A stretch of 64,000 nucleotides of DNA. Origin: Amphiscolops sp. MND2022. Taxonomy: Eukaryota. A program made the position numbers and the translations under genes. Location: the NCBI GenBank assembly GCA_964187785.1, contig OZ076409.1, positions 3,660,001 through 3,724,000 on the forward strand, in the 5' to 3' direction. The notes beneath the pieces are model-generated. The model saw only the letters and a list, made by a program, of their open reading frames with translations, did not search any database and had not been told where the DNA came from. This document shows, one piece after another, positions 25,661 through 37,698 of this stretch. Every line of letters starts with the position of its first letter. The first letter of the stretch is position 1.

Positions 25661-28222
25661 TTAAGTAGATTCAGCATGGTCATGAGAGACCTCCACTTGG
25701 TCGCGCGAGATTTCTGATAGAAGGGGTCTGAGTTTTGTCACAGGCCGAATTAGTATAGCATTCTTCGTCTTGAGTTTTGCAACCCGAGATATTTCATCAT
25801 TTCCTTGATAAAGTTCAAGTATCCTTGCAATAGGCCACTGGAGAGGTGTTGTATTGTCTTCGGCAATCAAGACCAAATCATGAACCTTGGGTTGCCGACC
25901 AATATGTTTCCACTTAGACACATTTTGAAGTTGATTCAGATATTCTCGAGACCAGCGATTCCAAAACTGTTGTCTCATCTTCTTGACAAGGTGGTATCGC
26001 CTTTCACTCGAGATGTTTAATTGTCTTGGGTCTTCTGGCAGACTATTTGGGCAAGTTCCCGTGAGGAAATGCCCTGGCGTTAGGGGTTCCAAGTCGTTAG
26101 GTTCGGAGCTCATCGGGGATAGTGGACGTGAATTCAATATTCCTTCAATTTGTATAACTAGTGTTAGGAATTCTTCATACGAAAGAATTGTATTGCCCAT
26201 GATCTTCTTGAGATGCAGTTTGACAGCCTTCACGCCTGCTTCCCATAATCCTCCGAAGTGTGGGGCTCGGGGCGGGATCATCGTCCATTGTGTTCCAAGA
26301 TTTGTAGCAAATTGTGAAATAGAATTTCTCCTTTTCGCTAGGATCAATTTAAGTTGTATAAGTTCATTTCGTGCACCAATAAAATTTGTACCATTGTCGC
26401 TAAATATTGCAGCCGGTACTCCCCGCCTTGCTACAAATCGTTTTAATGCGGCAATGCATGCCTCGGTAGTCAAATTAGAGACAATTTCCAGGTGAATGGC
26501 CTTTGTAGCGAAGCAAACGAACAATGAGATGTACACTTTCTCTGTTGATTTCAAAGTTCCTTTCAACTTGACATGAAATGGTCCGGCAAAGTCAATGCCA
26601 CAATTTGTAAATGGCTTACTAGGAGTGATTCTTTCTTCAGGTAAAGGTCCCATAGGGGTTTGAAATGATGTATGTGCGAACCGAGCACATGTAGTACACG
26701 CTTGAATTATTCGACGAACAACATTTCGGGCATTCACGAACCAAAATTGTTGACGAAGGTTGTACAATGTCGATTGTGGACCAGCATGAAGACATTGTTG
26801 ATGATGACGAACCAAAATCTTCACGAGATGAGAATTGGCTTCGAGTAGAACTGGGTGTTTGACATTGTCATCCATGTCAGATTGATACAATCGGCCACCG
26901 ACTTTCATAAGACCGTCGGTTTCATCAATAAAGGGATTCAGTCCAATGAATTTGTGTTTCCGTGGAAGCTGCCTTTCTTCACGAAGTAGTTGAATTTCCT
27001 CTTGAAAGTATTGAGCTTGATGATCTTTGACTATTTGGTGTTGAGCAGACTTCAGTTCGGTCAATGTGAGACAAAGTTGTTGCGGACTCTTCGAACGCAA
27101 TTGTCGAATGAATCTCAAAACATAACCTTGCGTGTTTCTCAGTCTTTTATATTGTGAGAACCTTTCATGATCTAGTTGTGGCGTAGGTAACACGACGCTA
27201 TACACGCTTGGTTTGATTTTCCTTTTCTCAATTGCAACTTCTCCAATGACCGGCTTGTCGGGCCATTGATTGGGACTCGTCAAGAATTGAGGGCCATTCC
27301 ACCAGAGTTGGTTGTTGATTATCTGAGGTGCATGTGTACCCCGTGATGCAATGTCTGCTGGGTTTGACTTCGTAGGAACGTGAAACCAACGAGATGGTGG
27401 GATGAAATTTTGTATGTCGGCCACTCGGTTTGCCACAAATGTGTTCCATTTTGAAGGTAAAGCCTGTATCCAAGCTAACGTGATCGTGCTATCTGTCCAT
27501 GCGAATGTCTCCAGATTCTTCAGATTGACTGATTTGAATGCCTTGAGTATCTTATCGGTCAACTTCGCGCCCAATTGTGCTCCGCACAATTCTAAACGTG
27601 GCAATGAGACTGTCTTGATGGGAGCAACCTTCGATTTCGCTGCAATGAGATGGGAAATTCTTTCGCCTGTGGCTTTCTCTGTGACGAGGTAGACAGTTGC
27701 TGCATATGCATGAATGGATGCATCTGTGAAGCAGTGAATTTCGTGTTTGACTGGGTCACAGTCTGTGATGAAGCGATTCAATGTGAATGTTTCCAGAGTT
27801 TCGATGCCCTTGATGTCTGCATTGAATTCTTCGATCAGATTTTCTGCCAGAGGTTCGTCCCAGGCTAGACCCAGGGTCCACAAATGCTGAATCCAGATCT
27901 TGGCCTTGATGGTTATTGGAGTGAGCCACCCTATTGGGTCGAACAATTTGGCAATCTGACAAAATTTGTCTTTTAGTCACAGGTGGATTGATTTTGGGTA
28001 GGGTACAAGTGAACTTGAAATGGTCTTTCTGAGGTTGCCACGTGATTCCCAACGTTCGGATAGTTGAATCTGCTTCCAATAGATTCACTAAATCACCTCC
28101 ACGCATATCTGGCGGCAGTCTTTCCACAAGTGTTTGATCATTAGAGACCCACTTCCGAAGGGGCAATTTGGCTTTTTCCAATGTTGCTATGAGTTCATCT
28201 TGCAGACCCTTGGCATCTTTAG
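25661..28222 (-). CDS. BEL/Pao pol (partial): RT C-terminus, Pao RNase H/peptidase A17 region, H2C2 finger, DDE integrase; frameshift near 27955
   Basis: LRKWVSN, TLGITW, FDPIGWLTP, FTDAS..AYA, KSKVAP, LPRLELCGA, WTDS, FVANRV, NPADIASRG, GIDFAGP, SDNGTNF, PHFGGLWEAGVK, LNSRPL, LTPGHFL. Confidence 0.92.
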
Positions 28223-28570
28223 GTTCTGGGTTTCTTCGCTGAGAGGTACTTGGTGATATCCACAAGAGAGATCGCTTGCTGTGAAGTATTTGCCGTTAAT
28301 TCTTGTCATAATCACGGACTGGTTCGAGTGGCCAAGAGTAGTTTGTTGAGTCGGTGATAGAAATTAGATATCTTGCGTCAATTACAAACTTAACGTAGTC
28401 AGCTTTAGGTAAGAGAATGATGAGGTTTACAAAGAGCGAACCAAGTTCGTCGTCGTCTCCCATTTCACTAATGATGCCAGTTTCTTGCAGTTGTCCGAGT
28501 AGTTTTTCGAGTTTATCTTTCAGATGAAGTGTAACTTTCCAAGGACGCTGTTTGCGGAGTTCTGAGTAAA
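28222..28570 (-). pseudogene. Ty3/Gypsy-type reverse transcriptase N-terminal fragment
   Basis: Manual translation gives QRPWKVTLHLKDKLEKLLGQLQETGII...IDARYL...WPLEP/(frameshift) INGKYFTASDLSCGYHQVPLSEETQNL, matching the Gypsy 'F..DL..GYHQ' motif. Confidence 0.75.
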
Positions 28571-28614
28571 AAACTTAAGACTTAATTTGTTTTGGCTCGA
28601 GAAATATTCGAAGA

Positions 28615-28830
28615 TGAAATTGCTTTACTTGAAAGCAGTTTGAAAATCGTCTAAAATCAAATTGCTTTAACAAGAAAGCAGACTTGACAATAATTCTAAG
28701 ATAAAATTGCTTTACTTTGAAAGCAGGTTAAAAATCGTCTATGATAAAATTGCTTCAAATTGCTTCAGACTTGACAAATATTCTAAGATAAAATTGCTTT
28801 ACTTTGAAAGCAGGTTGAAACTCACTTAGA
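28615..28830. repeat. Tandem minisatellite of ~38-40-bp units
   Basis: AAATTGCTTTAC(T)TTGAAAGCAG...TAAGATA recurs about five times. Confidence 0.8.
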
Positions 28831-29640
28831 CAAAATTGAGCCAAAACTTGTAAAGATTTAAGATTTCTGATTAAAGTTCAAGTCAAGAAAAAGACTTGAA
28901 AAATGAAAGCTACGACAAAAAACATTGAGACAAAATAAGTTAAAGTTAGAGTTGAGAAAAGATCTTGGAAAAATGAAAGCTCCAAAAGAAGATTGAAAAG
29001 ATCTAACTAACAGATGTCGCGCCGCGCTGATGACGGGGATTGAGCCCGTGAATGAAGTGGTGGAGTTGAGGATGAATGATTTATCAATATTGTATTTCGC
29101 CAAAAGAAGAGCTCTGAGAGTTAAAAAATTGGTCTGCTTTTCTACTAAATTTGACCGCTTCGTCAGCCAATAGAATTGAATCACTACTGTGATTGGCTGA
29201 TGAGCTTGACGTCATATGACGTCAAGTCATATGATCTGACAAACGAGATCATTTCGCGTGTGTATTCCGTAGGCGAAGCGTCCACGAGAAAATAACGTCA
29301 TTTGACGTCCTGTTGTATAACCAAATATGGATTATGTGTAGTGTCTCAGAACAATGGGGGATGAACACGTTCGAGTGTGTTCAGAGTTCATCGCTGGAGG
29401 GCAGGATAAAAGAGTATAAGTTAAACTGCGCTTGTTATAAAATTAATAGCATGAAGTTTTCAAACAAAGATATACAAAGTCCTTTTGGATTTTCTCAGTT
29501 AATTTCTTTTTTATTTGCCATAAGTTGCACACGACAGCTTTGCCTGGTTCCATTCGGTAGATTAATCTTTCTTGTTTCATGCTGCCTTCTTGTCATCACC
29601 ACCTGAAACATCACAACTGCCCGGGACATTCTCTCTTCTC

Positions 29641-29928
29641 AAAAGCGGGGAGTGTCAAGACAAAGTCATGAAAAACTGTATATTAATGAAAATTCGTTGA
29701 AGTATCCATCACAGCCAATCAAAGAGCCAGGGAATCACAATTCAACACGCTGGACGAAGCAATGTGGACGAGCGGACCAGAAGAATAGACAGAACTTGCT
29801 GTACTGATTCAACTGTACTGAATAATCTTATCTTAATCTAACTTTCTCACTTGTCTTGAAAAGACTAAACTTTCTACACAAATTGTATTTTCTCTGAAGT
29901 TAGAAAGCTGAGCAATGGAGAATTGACA
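29641..29928 (+). mobile_element. PPT plus probable 3' LTR of a plus-strand LTR element
   Basis: AAAAGCGGGGAG|TGTCAA (29653) ... TTGACA (29928) inverted termini. Confidence 0.45.
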
Positions 29929-32807
29929 CAACTGAACATTCGAATATAACAAGTTCTATAAAGTTGAAATGTCTCAAACTAAGTCATAAAAGCCGCTCGA
30001 CCACAGTCCCTGACAAGGGATAATCTGGTTATGTGGTTCCTCATCCTGTGTCCGTACCCAAATGACTTCCCACACGGAAAGCTAAAGTGAGCGCATCTTT
30101 TTTTTTCGCTCACAGCTTCCGTAAATGCAAAGGCATTTTTTCGAAAAGAAATATCAAGATTCTGCTTTTTCATGAACTAGGTATTATTCATAGTACGGCC
30201 CAGATTGGAACCAAAATTTTCCTAAAGTTATATGAACTCCAACTTTAATCAAACGTTCGACTGTAATCGAAGACTAAGTTTTTTCCTTGGAGTCTTCTAA
30301 ATCTGTGTATGTCAATTTTCGGGTTTTGATACTTTTCCGTTCGACAATCTTGGTCGATGTAAAACAGCAAAAAATCGAAGACAAAATTTCATTCCCTCGG
30401 TGTATTCTTCTTGATGAAATGCGAAAACGACTGATGTTTGTAGTTTTTCTAGAATCTGGCATTTAATTTGGAATTAGTGGAAACCAAGAAAAACAATTGT
30501 GAACGATTTTGGGCAATAAAAATGGCTCGAAAAATTTTATTTTCTGCCCTAACGGAACTCGTTCTGAGTCGATGTACTTGATACCCGACGCTGATTGCCC
30601 AATAGAAATTACCCTTGGTTGAAGTCGTAAACTTTTTGATAAGCGACATTGAATAACCTATTCGACTCACTTGATCTAAATATTAAAGAAATTTCAGGTA
30701 ATTATAGGATGAGTGGAATCGTAAAACATTCCAAACGATTGAATTCAACTTTGCCCACGATTGCAGTCAAAAAATTTTCAATTCCATTCCAAGTAATTCG
30801 ATAAATAATTTATATTTATTCAAGCAGAAACTAAGGATTAAACAGAAAATGGACTGCTGTAATTGTACCAATTTCGGGGTCTTTTCTGTTATCACATAGA
30901 AAAAACTCAAAAAGATATTTTAGTTCAGTTTGCTATTATTGAATTGAACTTCTTTCAACCCACCATTGGAGCCAAACTCTTTTCATCTCCAATCCCGGTA
31001 ATTCAATAAGATTGTGAAATCAATTCCAGTTGAAACTAAAAACTAAACATAAAATGGAACGGTGTAATGGTACCAAATCGGGCGTACTTTCCGTTATTAC
31101 CTCCGGTGAAATAGTTCCCACCGTTAGAAATCCACCTATTTTTGGCACTTTTAGCAAAAAACCTTTACCAAAAACTAGAAAATTTTCTCATGCTCTGTCA
31201 GAAGGCCATAAGTTCTTTGAACGGAAAAGATTTTAAAACATTTGGGTAACCTAATATTTCGAGTTGCAGATGATCTTGCAGTGACGTTTCTATATAAATT
31301 CCGGCACATTTTCAAACTTTATTAAATCAGATTCAAAATCCCAAAATGCTGATGTTTTGATTAATTTAGTTATTAATGCATTGAAGCTTTACTATTTAAC
31401 CAACGATTGGAACCAAAATCTTTCATTTCCATTCTACTTGATTAAAAAAAACTTTTTATCAGCTTTATTCCAGTTGAAAGAAGCCTATCCCCTATTTAAC
31501 GATGAAAGGAAGAAAAGCCGACAATTTTACGGAACACGAGGCATTAGTTGGGACTTGTTTGTGGTATCTGAATTCATATTTACTCTCTGGCTTATTAGGT
31601 TTAATATCGACTAACTAAAATGTGAGTGGAAACAGACGCTATAATTTAGAGCCATTCGATTGATTATTATGCTTCTGTGAAATCTAAAACACGAATTTGT
31701 TGGTATATTTTTGGTCCCAGTTTCCAGAAACCGAAACCGGGTAACGTATTACGCAATGCCCTCGGATTCCGAAAAAGGAGAAAACTTCGTGGGGTGGTTT
31801 CTGCAAAATCAGACCTCATTTGCGAATTTTAAATGTCCGCGGAAACGGAGGGCCTACGCGCACAAAAATAAGTCTGTAGCGATTTAGATTGTAGATGCAC
31901 AGTCAAAAAGAGCAGAACATTTTTATAAACATGCTCTTGGGAAGTAATTGGGAAATTGTTACGAACAGTAGTAAAAAAAGGCCTCCAGAGACTAAAAAAA
32001 CACTTTTCCCCACTGAAACCATCCAAAAAATCATTACTCTGGTCTGCGTTTTAAACGAAAGCACCAACTAAAATGAGGCTTTCATTAGTTACAGAGTGTG
32101 AAGAAATTTAAGTTCCAAAAATTCATTTTCAGATCACGTTAATAAAGTGACTTTTTAAGCGTTTTTGCCAACTAACTTTTTCCCAGAACCAACTTAGTAT
32201 CATGGTATGATTTCATTTCTTGCTAAATTGATTTAATTCGTTCATTTAAAAAAAGTGATACCAGTGTCTAGATGTAGCTATTTTAGGCGGCCTCACTTGA
32301 TCAAAATCGACATTAAACAAAGATTTTGAATAGAATTAAATGAATTTTCAACGAGCACCGAAGATATGCAATTAAGTGAAGGAGAAATGATAAGTGAATG
32401 CATTGATGAAGATTAAAGGGGGGGGGTAAAGTAAACAGAATGCACAAAATATTGCAGCACAGAATATATTTGCCCTATTTTCAGAATAAAACAACAACAG
32501 ATATATATTTGCCCTATTCACAAGTACATTGCAACAAATTAGGGGATCGAATCTAAAAATTTGAGGTAAAAAACGTGAATGAAAAATTCAATTTTCATCA
32601 AAAATGGGTATTACTTCGATAATTTTTTTTAAAATTGAAAACTTTCCACAGAATAAAAAAGTTATCCTGACAGGACTGGGAATAGAGCAAGTGATACTTT
32701 AGGGTCATGAGACATATGACCTTTGTGTCCTGAGTTTTATTTTAGGTCGTCACATTGTGACCTCAGTTTTTGAGATAGAGTCCAATATTCTAATTGATCA
32801 TTACTAA

Positions 32808-34706
32808 TTAATATTGATCATTACTAATAAAGAAATCATTGCTAAACGAGCACCAATCAACAGGCGACATACATACAGGTCCTCCACTACTATTCCCGGT
32901 CGCATCAAACTCCACTATTTCCTCCGGACTCTCCGCAACATCCACGGAAAAGTCCAAAACAGAGGAAGAATCATTTTCCCAACAATCTGCGACTGTCCAC
33001 ACGTCTGAGCTTTTTTCTAAATTTATTCAGAGATGTCCATTCAAACTCAGTTTCGAGTTATTCGGTTTCAATGTTAATTCTATATACAGCCGAACACGGA
33101 TGGAAGAAACACGGATAAAAGAAACATTTGGATATAAGAAACGTTTTCACTCCTCCGCTTTTAAGCAAGACAAACTTTCTAATATTGATAAGACAACTGA
33201 TAAAAGAAACTATGAATAGAATAAACACTTTTAACGCCCTGAGTTTCTTTTATCTGTATGTGAAAAGACTTGGTGTAAGAGACCACAATGAATGAGTAGT
33301 GTCCACTTTCAACCGAGTTTTTTCACGCAAGTAATTAGAATCGAGTGTCAGTTCGATGCTTACCGAGGACCAAATGTTTTTGCTTGCAAACCTTGACGAG
33401 TTAAGGATCCCCCATCTAGGTTTTTTCGGCAGTGCTACTTTTCGATTCTTTTTTCATTTCACCAAAAGGTCCCCCTCTGCGTTTTTTTTCAGAGTTTCAG
33501 CTTCCAAAAAGACGTTTATCAAACCTAAAGGGTCCATTTTCAAGCTTTTCGACACTATGCGACTTTGAAAAAAAATTCACCAATTTAGGTGTTTTTGATG
33601 TTCTCCTCAAGATAAAAGGGTTTTTCAATACCTCAGATCGTCGCTCGTTTATTTTTTTGCACTCTGAAAGTTTAGGAATTTCCACAGATGCAATCCTGAG
33701 GATTGCTATGAGACCTTGAACTTTTTGAGCTTGAAGCGGAGCGCCGACTTTAGACTGCCTCGTCTTGTTAATTACTAAAGCGATTCCTTCAACACTTCTC
33801 AAATTAAAGACAAAACAACATACATCAACAGACATCTCTGTACCTGGTCCGCTTTCGCAACTTGCGAGAACTCTTTCAACATTGAGATCCACAAATCCTG
33901 AGTCGGTGGTATTCTCATGGACGAAATCTTTGTCAAACATCCGATTGTACTTCAAATGATCCCCCAAAACAGTCCGGCTAGAAGCTTGGTTGGAGCAGAA
34001 ATTTCCAACAGTATCATGATGCGTTTTCTCATTTGCATGGTTGTTGGTAACATTAGCATCAACGGGGTCGAAATCATTCAAGAAAGTAGTGGAAGAAACA
34101 TTAGTTCTGGAAGTTGCGCTTTCTTCACTATAGAAGGACCCCAAATCAACGCTTGCCGATTAGTGTATTGTCGTATACTGAGTTCCTCTTATAACGTGTA
34201 ATCGTATAATCGAACGTTTTGTATATCGTATAATTGGCCTCTTATATCGTTCAAAGGCATGGGGAACAATTTTTGGATCATTTTTCAATCGAAAAGTGTT
34301 AATTGCTTCGAAAAGGGGATTGCAATAAGCCCCCTTTCCGAATCTCATATAGCTATTACCATTTTCGGATGCATTTCATTTCAAAATCATGACAAAAATT
34401 TCATAATTTCCAAAAACGTCTCAAGTCCGTTTTGGGAAAATCGACGGAAAATGGCTGAAAAGCGATTCTCTGTAAAACTCGTATGATAATGGCATCTTCT
34501 TATAACGTGTCATCGTATAACAAATTGCGGATTTTAGATAATTTTTCGTATAATTGTATATCGTGTACAATACACTGTTGCCGATTCATGACGGCGTGTC
34601 TGGGTTTTGAGATCAGGTTCCAAGTTTTGATAGACTGCTTTCAAAAGGGGGGATAGGTAATCATCCACGTTCTCGTTCGTCTGTTCCACATTCGTGTTAG
34701 TCGTAC
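32808..34706 (-). CDS. Probable distal exons of the bZIP gene (34706..33844, interrupted by a MITE at 34161-34577; last exon 33004..32808), Ser/Asp/Glu-rich C-terminus
   Basis: Acceptor TTGCAG|GT (34707) is phase 1 and matches donor A|GTAAAT (45553). The frame is continuous once the MITE plus one TSD is removed. Donor G|GTACAG (33843) and acceptor CTCAG|AC (33005) are phase-1 compatible. Linkage to the bZIP gene is inferred. Confidence 0.55.
34161..34577. mobile_element. hAT-type MITE inserted in a coding exon
   Basis: TIRs TAGTGTATTGT / ACAATACACTG; 8-bp TSD TTGCCGAT at 34153-34160 and 34578-34585. Confidence 0.9.
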
Positions 34707-34876
34707 CTGCAAGAAGTTAGATCAGGAAACTAAAATCGGAAAATTTAGCTGATCTTTCTTTTTGAGGCTGAACTAGTTGAATTTGAGCTGTGTTATGTAT
34801 ATTATTGAACTGCTCGATTAACTCATATGTATGTATGGCTCACCCTAAATGAGATACAATAGAGTACCAAAAAGCT

Positions 34877-35404
34877 GGGGACACGACAATTCGTACACAC
34901 GACATCTCGTACAAAAACCAAAACCAGACATTTCGTACAAAAGCGAAACCAGACATTTCGTACAAAAATGAAACCAGACATTTCGTACAAAAGCGAAACC
35001 AGACATTTCGTGCAATTTATGTTATACAACTTATTATTATAACGTAGTCAGCTTTGTTCACATACCCCTAGTGCCCTAAATGCAGGAGCGAAGCGAAGCG
35101 ACGTGCCATTTGGTCATGCCTCAACGTTGCTACTTGGCGAAGGGAGCGAAGCGACCGAGCCATACAACATATATGCTAACCTCTTCAATTGACTCAAGTT
35201 CCATACATATTGGCTGTAACAGCACTGAAAGCTAGTAATTCTGTTGTTTGAGACCTATTCTGCAAATCTGTTCAATTTAATTTTGTACGAAATGTCTTTT
35301 GTACGCAATGTCCGGTTTCATTTTTGTACCAATTGTCCGTGCACGAAGTGTCGGGTTTTTGGCTATTGTACGAAATGTCGTTTGTACAAATTAACGTGGT
35401 GCCA
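34877..35404. mobile_element. MITE with tandem AACCAGACATTTCGTACAAAA repeats and a nested HINE-like insert (~35030-35270, related to 61790-61960)
   Basis: Inverted arms (GGGACACGACAATTCGTACA / TGTACAAATTAACGTGGTGCC) with ~23-bp internal repeats. Confidence 0.6.
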
Positions 35405-36064
35405 AAGCTGAAGACACTAGATTTCGCGGACAAAAAATCAAATGGCAAAAAATTCAAAGAGAATAACAGGGGTTATATGCGTTTTCAATGGTGGCCTACT
35501 GTATTATTAGAGTGGGACAGTAACTTAGCAAACAAATGCTGTTATTAAGAAAAAGCAAATTTTTTGAAGAATTTTGTGGAAATTTCCACTTGTTTCCAGT
35601 TACTTGTTTGCCGGTGGCTCGGACAAAAACCATATTGACACAAATAACAGCTCACCCCACTTAATCCAATAGATTGTCGATAACAGACGAATTTTTGTTT
35701 TCCTATAAGCTTTTTGTGTTTCTTAATGTCTTATTGATTGCGAAAAAATTCCTTGTCCTCATTTGAGGACGAAGTCACAGTTAATCAAGTGAAACTTTTT
35801 AATTTTATCTGAATAATAATAAGGACCGCGCGTACTGAAACCGAGATATGGTGTAGAGATGGAATTTTTTGCCCTTAGTACCTGGAGGGCGTGTCAGTGA
35901 AAAGAGTTCGGGTGTCAGTACGCTGCAAGCTGCAGAGTGAAACTAATTGATTGATTCTTTTTCAATGGACAATGTATACATTTAGGAAAACCAGATATTA
36001 ATCTGGAAAAAAATATCGAACAATCTCTGTTGTAACTTGCAAAAAATCTGCGAATAAATTCCAA

Positions 36065-37698
36065 CAAGCCGGGACCGGCCCAAGTCGGCGCCATATCCAA
36101 GGCTCAAAAATAGCAAAAAGACTTCCAAGTGTCAAGTCTTCTTTTACAGTAGTCGAAAATCGAAAATTTTTTTTGAAAAAATTACATACTAAAAAAATGG
36201 ACCGAGTGGCGCGCCGGGGCTCGCTAGCGCGAGCCCCTGGCGCGCTAAAGTCTCACAATGCCAAAAAACTGAAAGGCGGGACCCTTTGAGGTTTTTCAAC
36301 ATCCATTCTGTCGCAAAACATCAAAAAAATGCAAGGGGGACCCTTTGAGGAAAAAAATTTCGAAAAAAATCCAAGAAAAAATGTCTCGCAGTGCCGAAAA
36401 AAATGAAAGGGGGGACTCTTTGGTCTCGCCCGGTATGGTATGTTACGCGGAAAAACAGGTAAAACCATTTTGGTCCAGTTCGCTAGGCCAAATGGTGCAA
36501 TTTGACACCATAATATTCTGTAGAACTTTTAAGAACTATTTTGGTCAGTTCGTGTGGATAGAAAAAAAAGAGTCACTATAATAGTCGCGTTTCACTTCAT
36601 GAAGCGCCGACTAAAAAGAAAACTCCAATTCTGTGTAAACTTTTGTAAAATAATACATTCTACGTTTCGTGAACTATAGCTGTTACAGTAAGAACTATCG
36701 GGACAATTGTAGGTTTTGACTTTTGCAAAATTAACGAAAATCGCTATGAGTGTCCCAATCGAGAACACTTAGAGTTTGCCACTAACGAGACGGGAACGCC
36801 CGAAGTCGCCGCTATATCTAAAGCTCAAAATGCGCAGATTTGAAACATGCGTAGGACGTTTTCATTTTTTCGAGCTTTCGCATCCTCCTTACTAAAATAC
36901 AATACAGTTCGGATATAACGTCAAAAGTTCGGATATAGCGCTTAACTCCGAATATTACGAGGGGGGACTTCAATAAAATCGAAGGGGGGACCCTTTGAAG
37001 ACAAAAATTTTTCGGAAAGTCTCAACACCGACAAAATTGGAAGGGGACCCTTTAGTCTCGCCCGGTTTTGTATGTTACATTTAAAAAGTAAAAATTGAAA
37101 AAGGGAACCCTTTGCAATAACTCAGATGCGTTTCACAGGTACTCGTTTAGTTGAACGAAAATTTCGTCGCTTCGAGTCTGTCTTAGAAAAACGAGTGACT
37201 GTAATTAATAACAAGACGAGAACGCCTCAAGTCGGCGCTATATCTAAGGCTCAAAAAGCGCAAAACATTTTTTTTGGAAAAAAACTTGAAATTTTCGAAA
37301 AAAAATTCTTTCGGAAAATGTCGCACAGTGCCGAAAAATGTAAAAGGGGGACCCTTTTTGATTTATAAACACGCATTCTGTAGCAAAATAACAAAAAACT
37401 CAAAGGGGGGACCCTTTGGGGACATTAAAAAAAATTCGAAAAAATCTCACAGCGCCGAAAAAAAATCGAAAGGGGGGGGGTACAAAACTTTAGTCCCGTC
37501 CGGGCTTGTATGTAACGTTGAAAAAGTAAATGAATGCGCTCCCCGTCCGCTCCCCGCCAAAAAAAGTTTAGTACTTATTTAGTAGTTGAACGTTAATTTT
37601 AACGTTCGTCGCTTCGAGTCTGTCTTAAATTTAAAAAAAAAAGAAAAAAAACGAGTGACTGTAATAGTCGGGCTCTTTTCTTAAGAAAAGCGCCGACT
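36065..37698 (-). mobile_element. Cluster of three HINE family A copies (36065-36612, 36786-37205, 37212-37698)
   Basis: Repeated family termini and internal repeats. Confidence 0.8.

Larger units (their letters stand above)
24361..28222 (-). mobile_element. BEL/Pao LTR retrotransposon, 3' half (RT end, RNase H, integrase, antisense ORF, PPT, 3' LTR 24572..~24361)
   Basis: Pol ORFs carry Pao motifs. The minus-strand PPT CGCGGGGAGAA (24583-24573) is directly followed by TGTTGAA. The putative LTR is TGTT...AACA. Confidence 0.85.

Noticed and set aside
25805..27868. Plus-strand ORFs overlapping BEL pol
   Set aside because: They are antisense shadows of the pol frame with no independent motifs.
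23862..29928. A single intact LTR element bounded by the 23862 and 29653 LTR-like segments
   Set aside because: The two segments share no sequence similarity and there is no TSD; the region is a composite of fragments.
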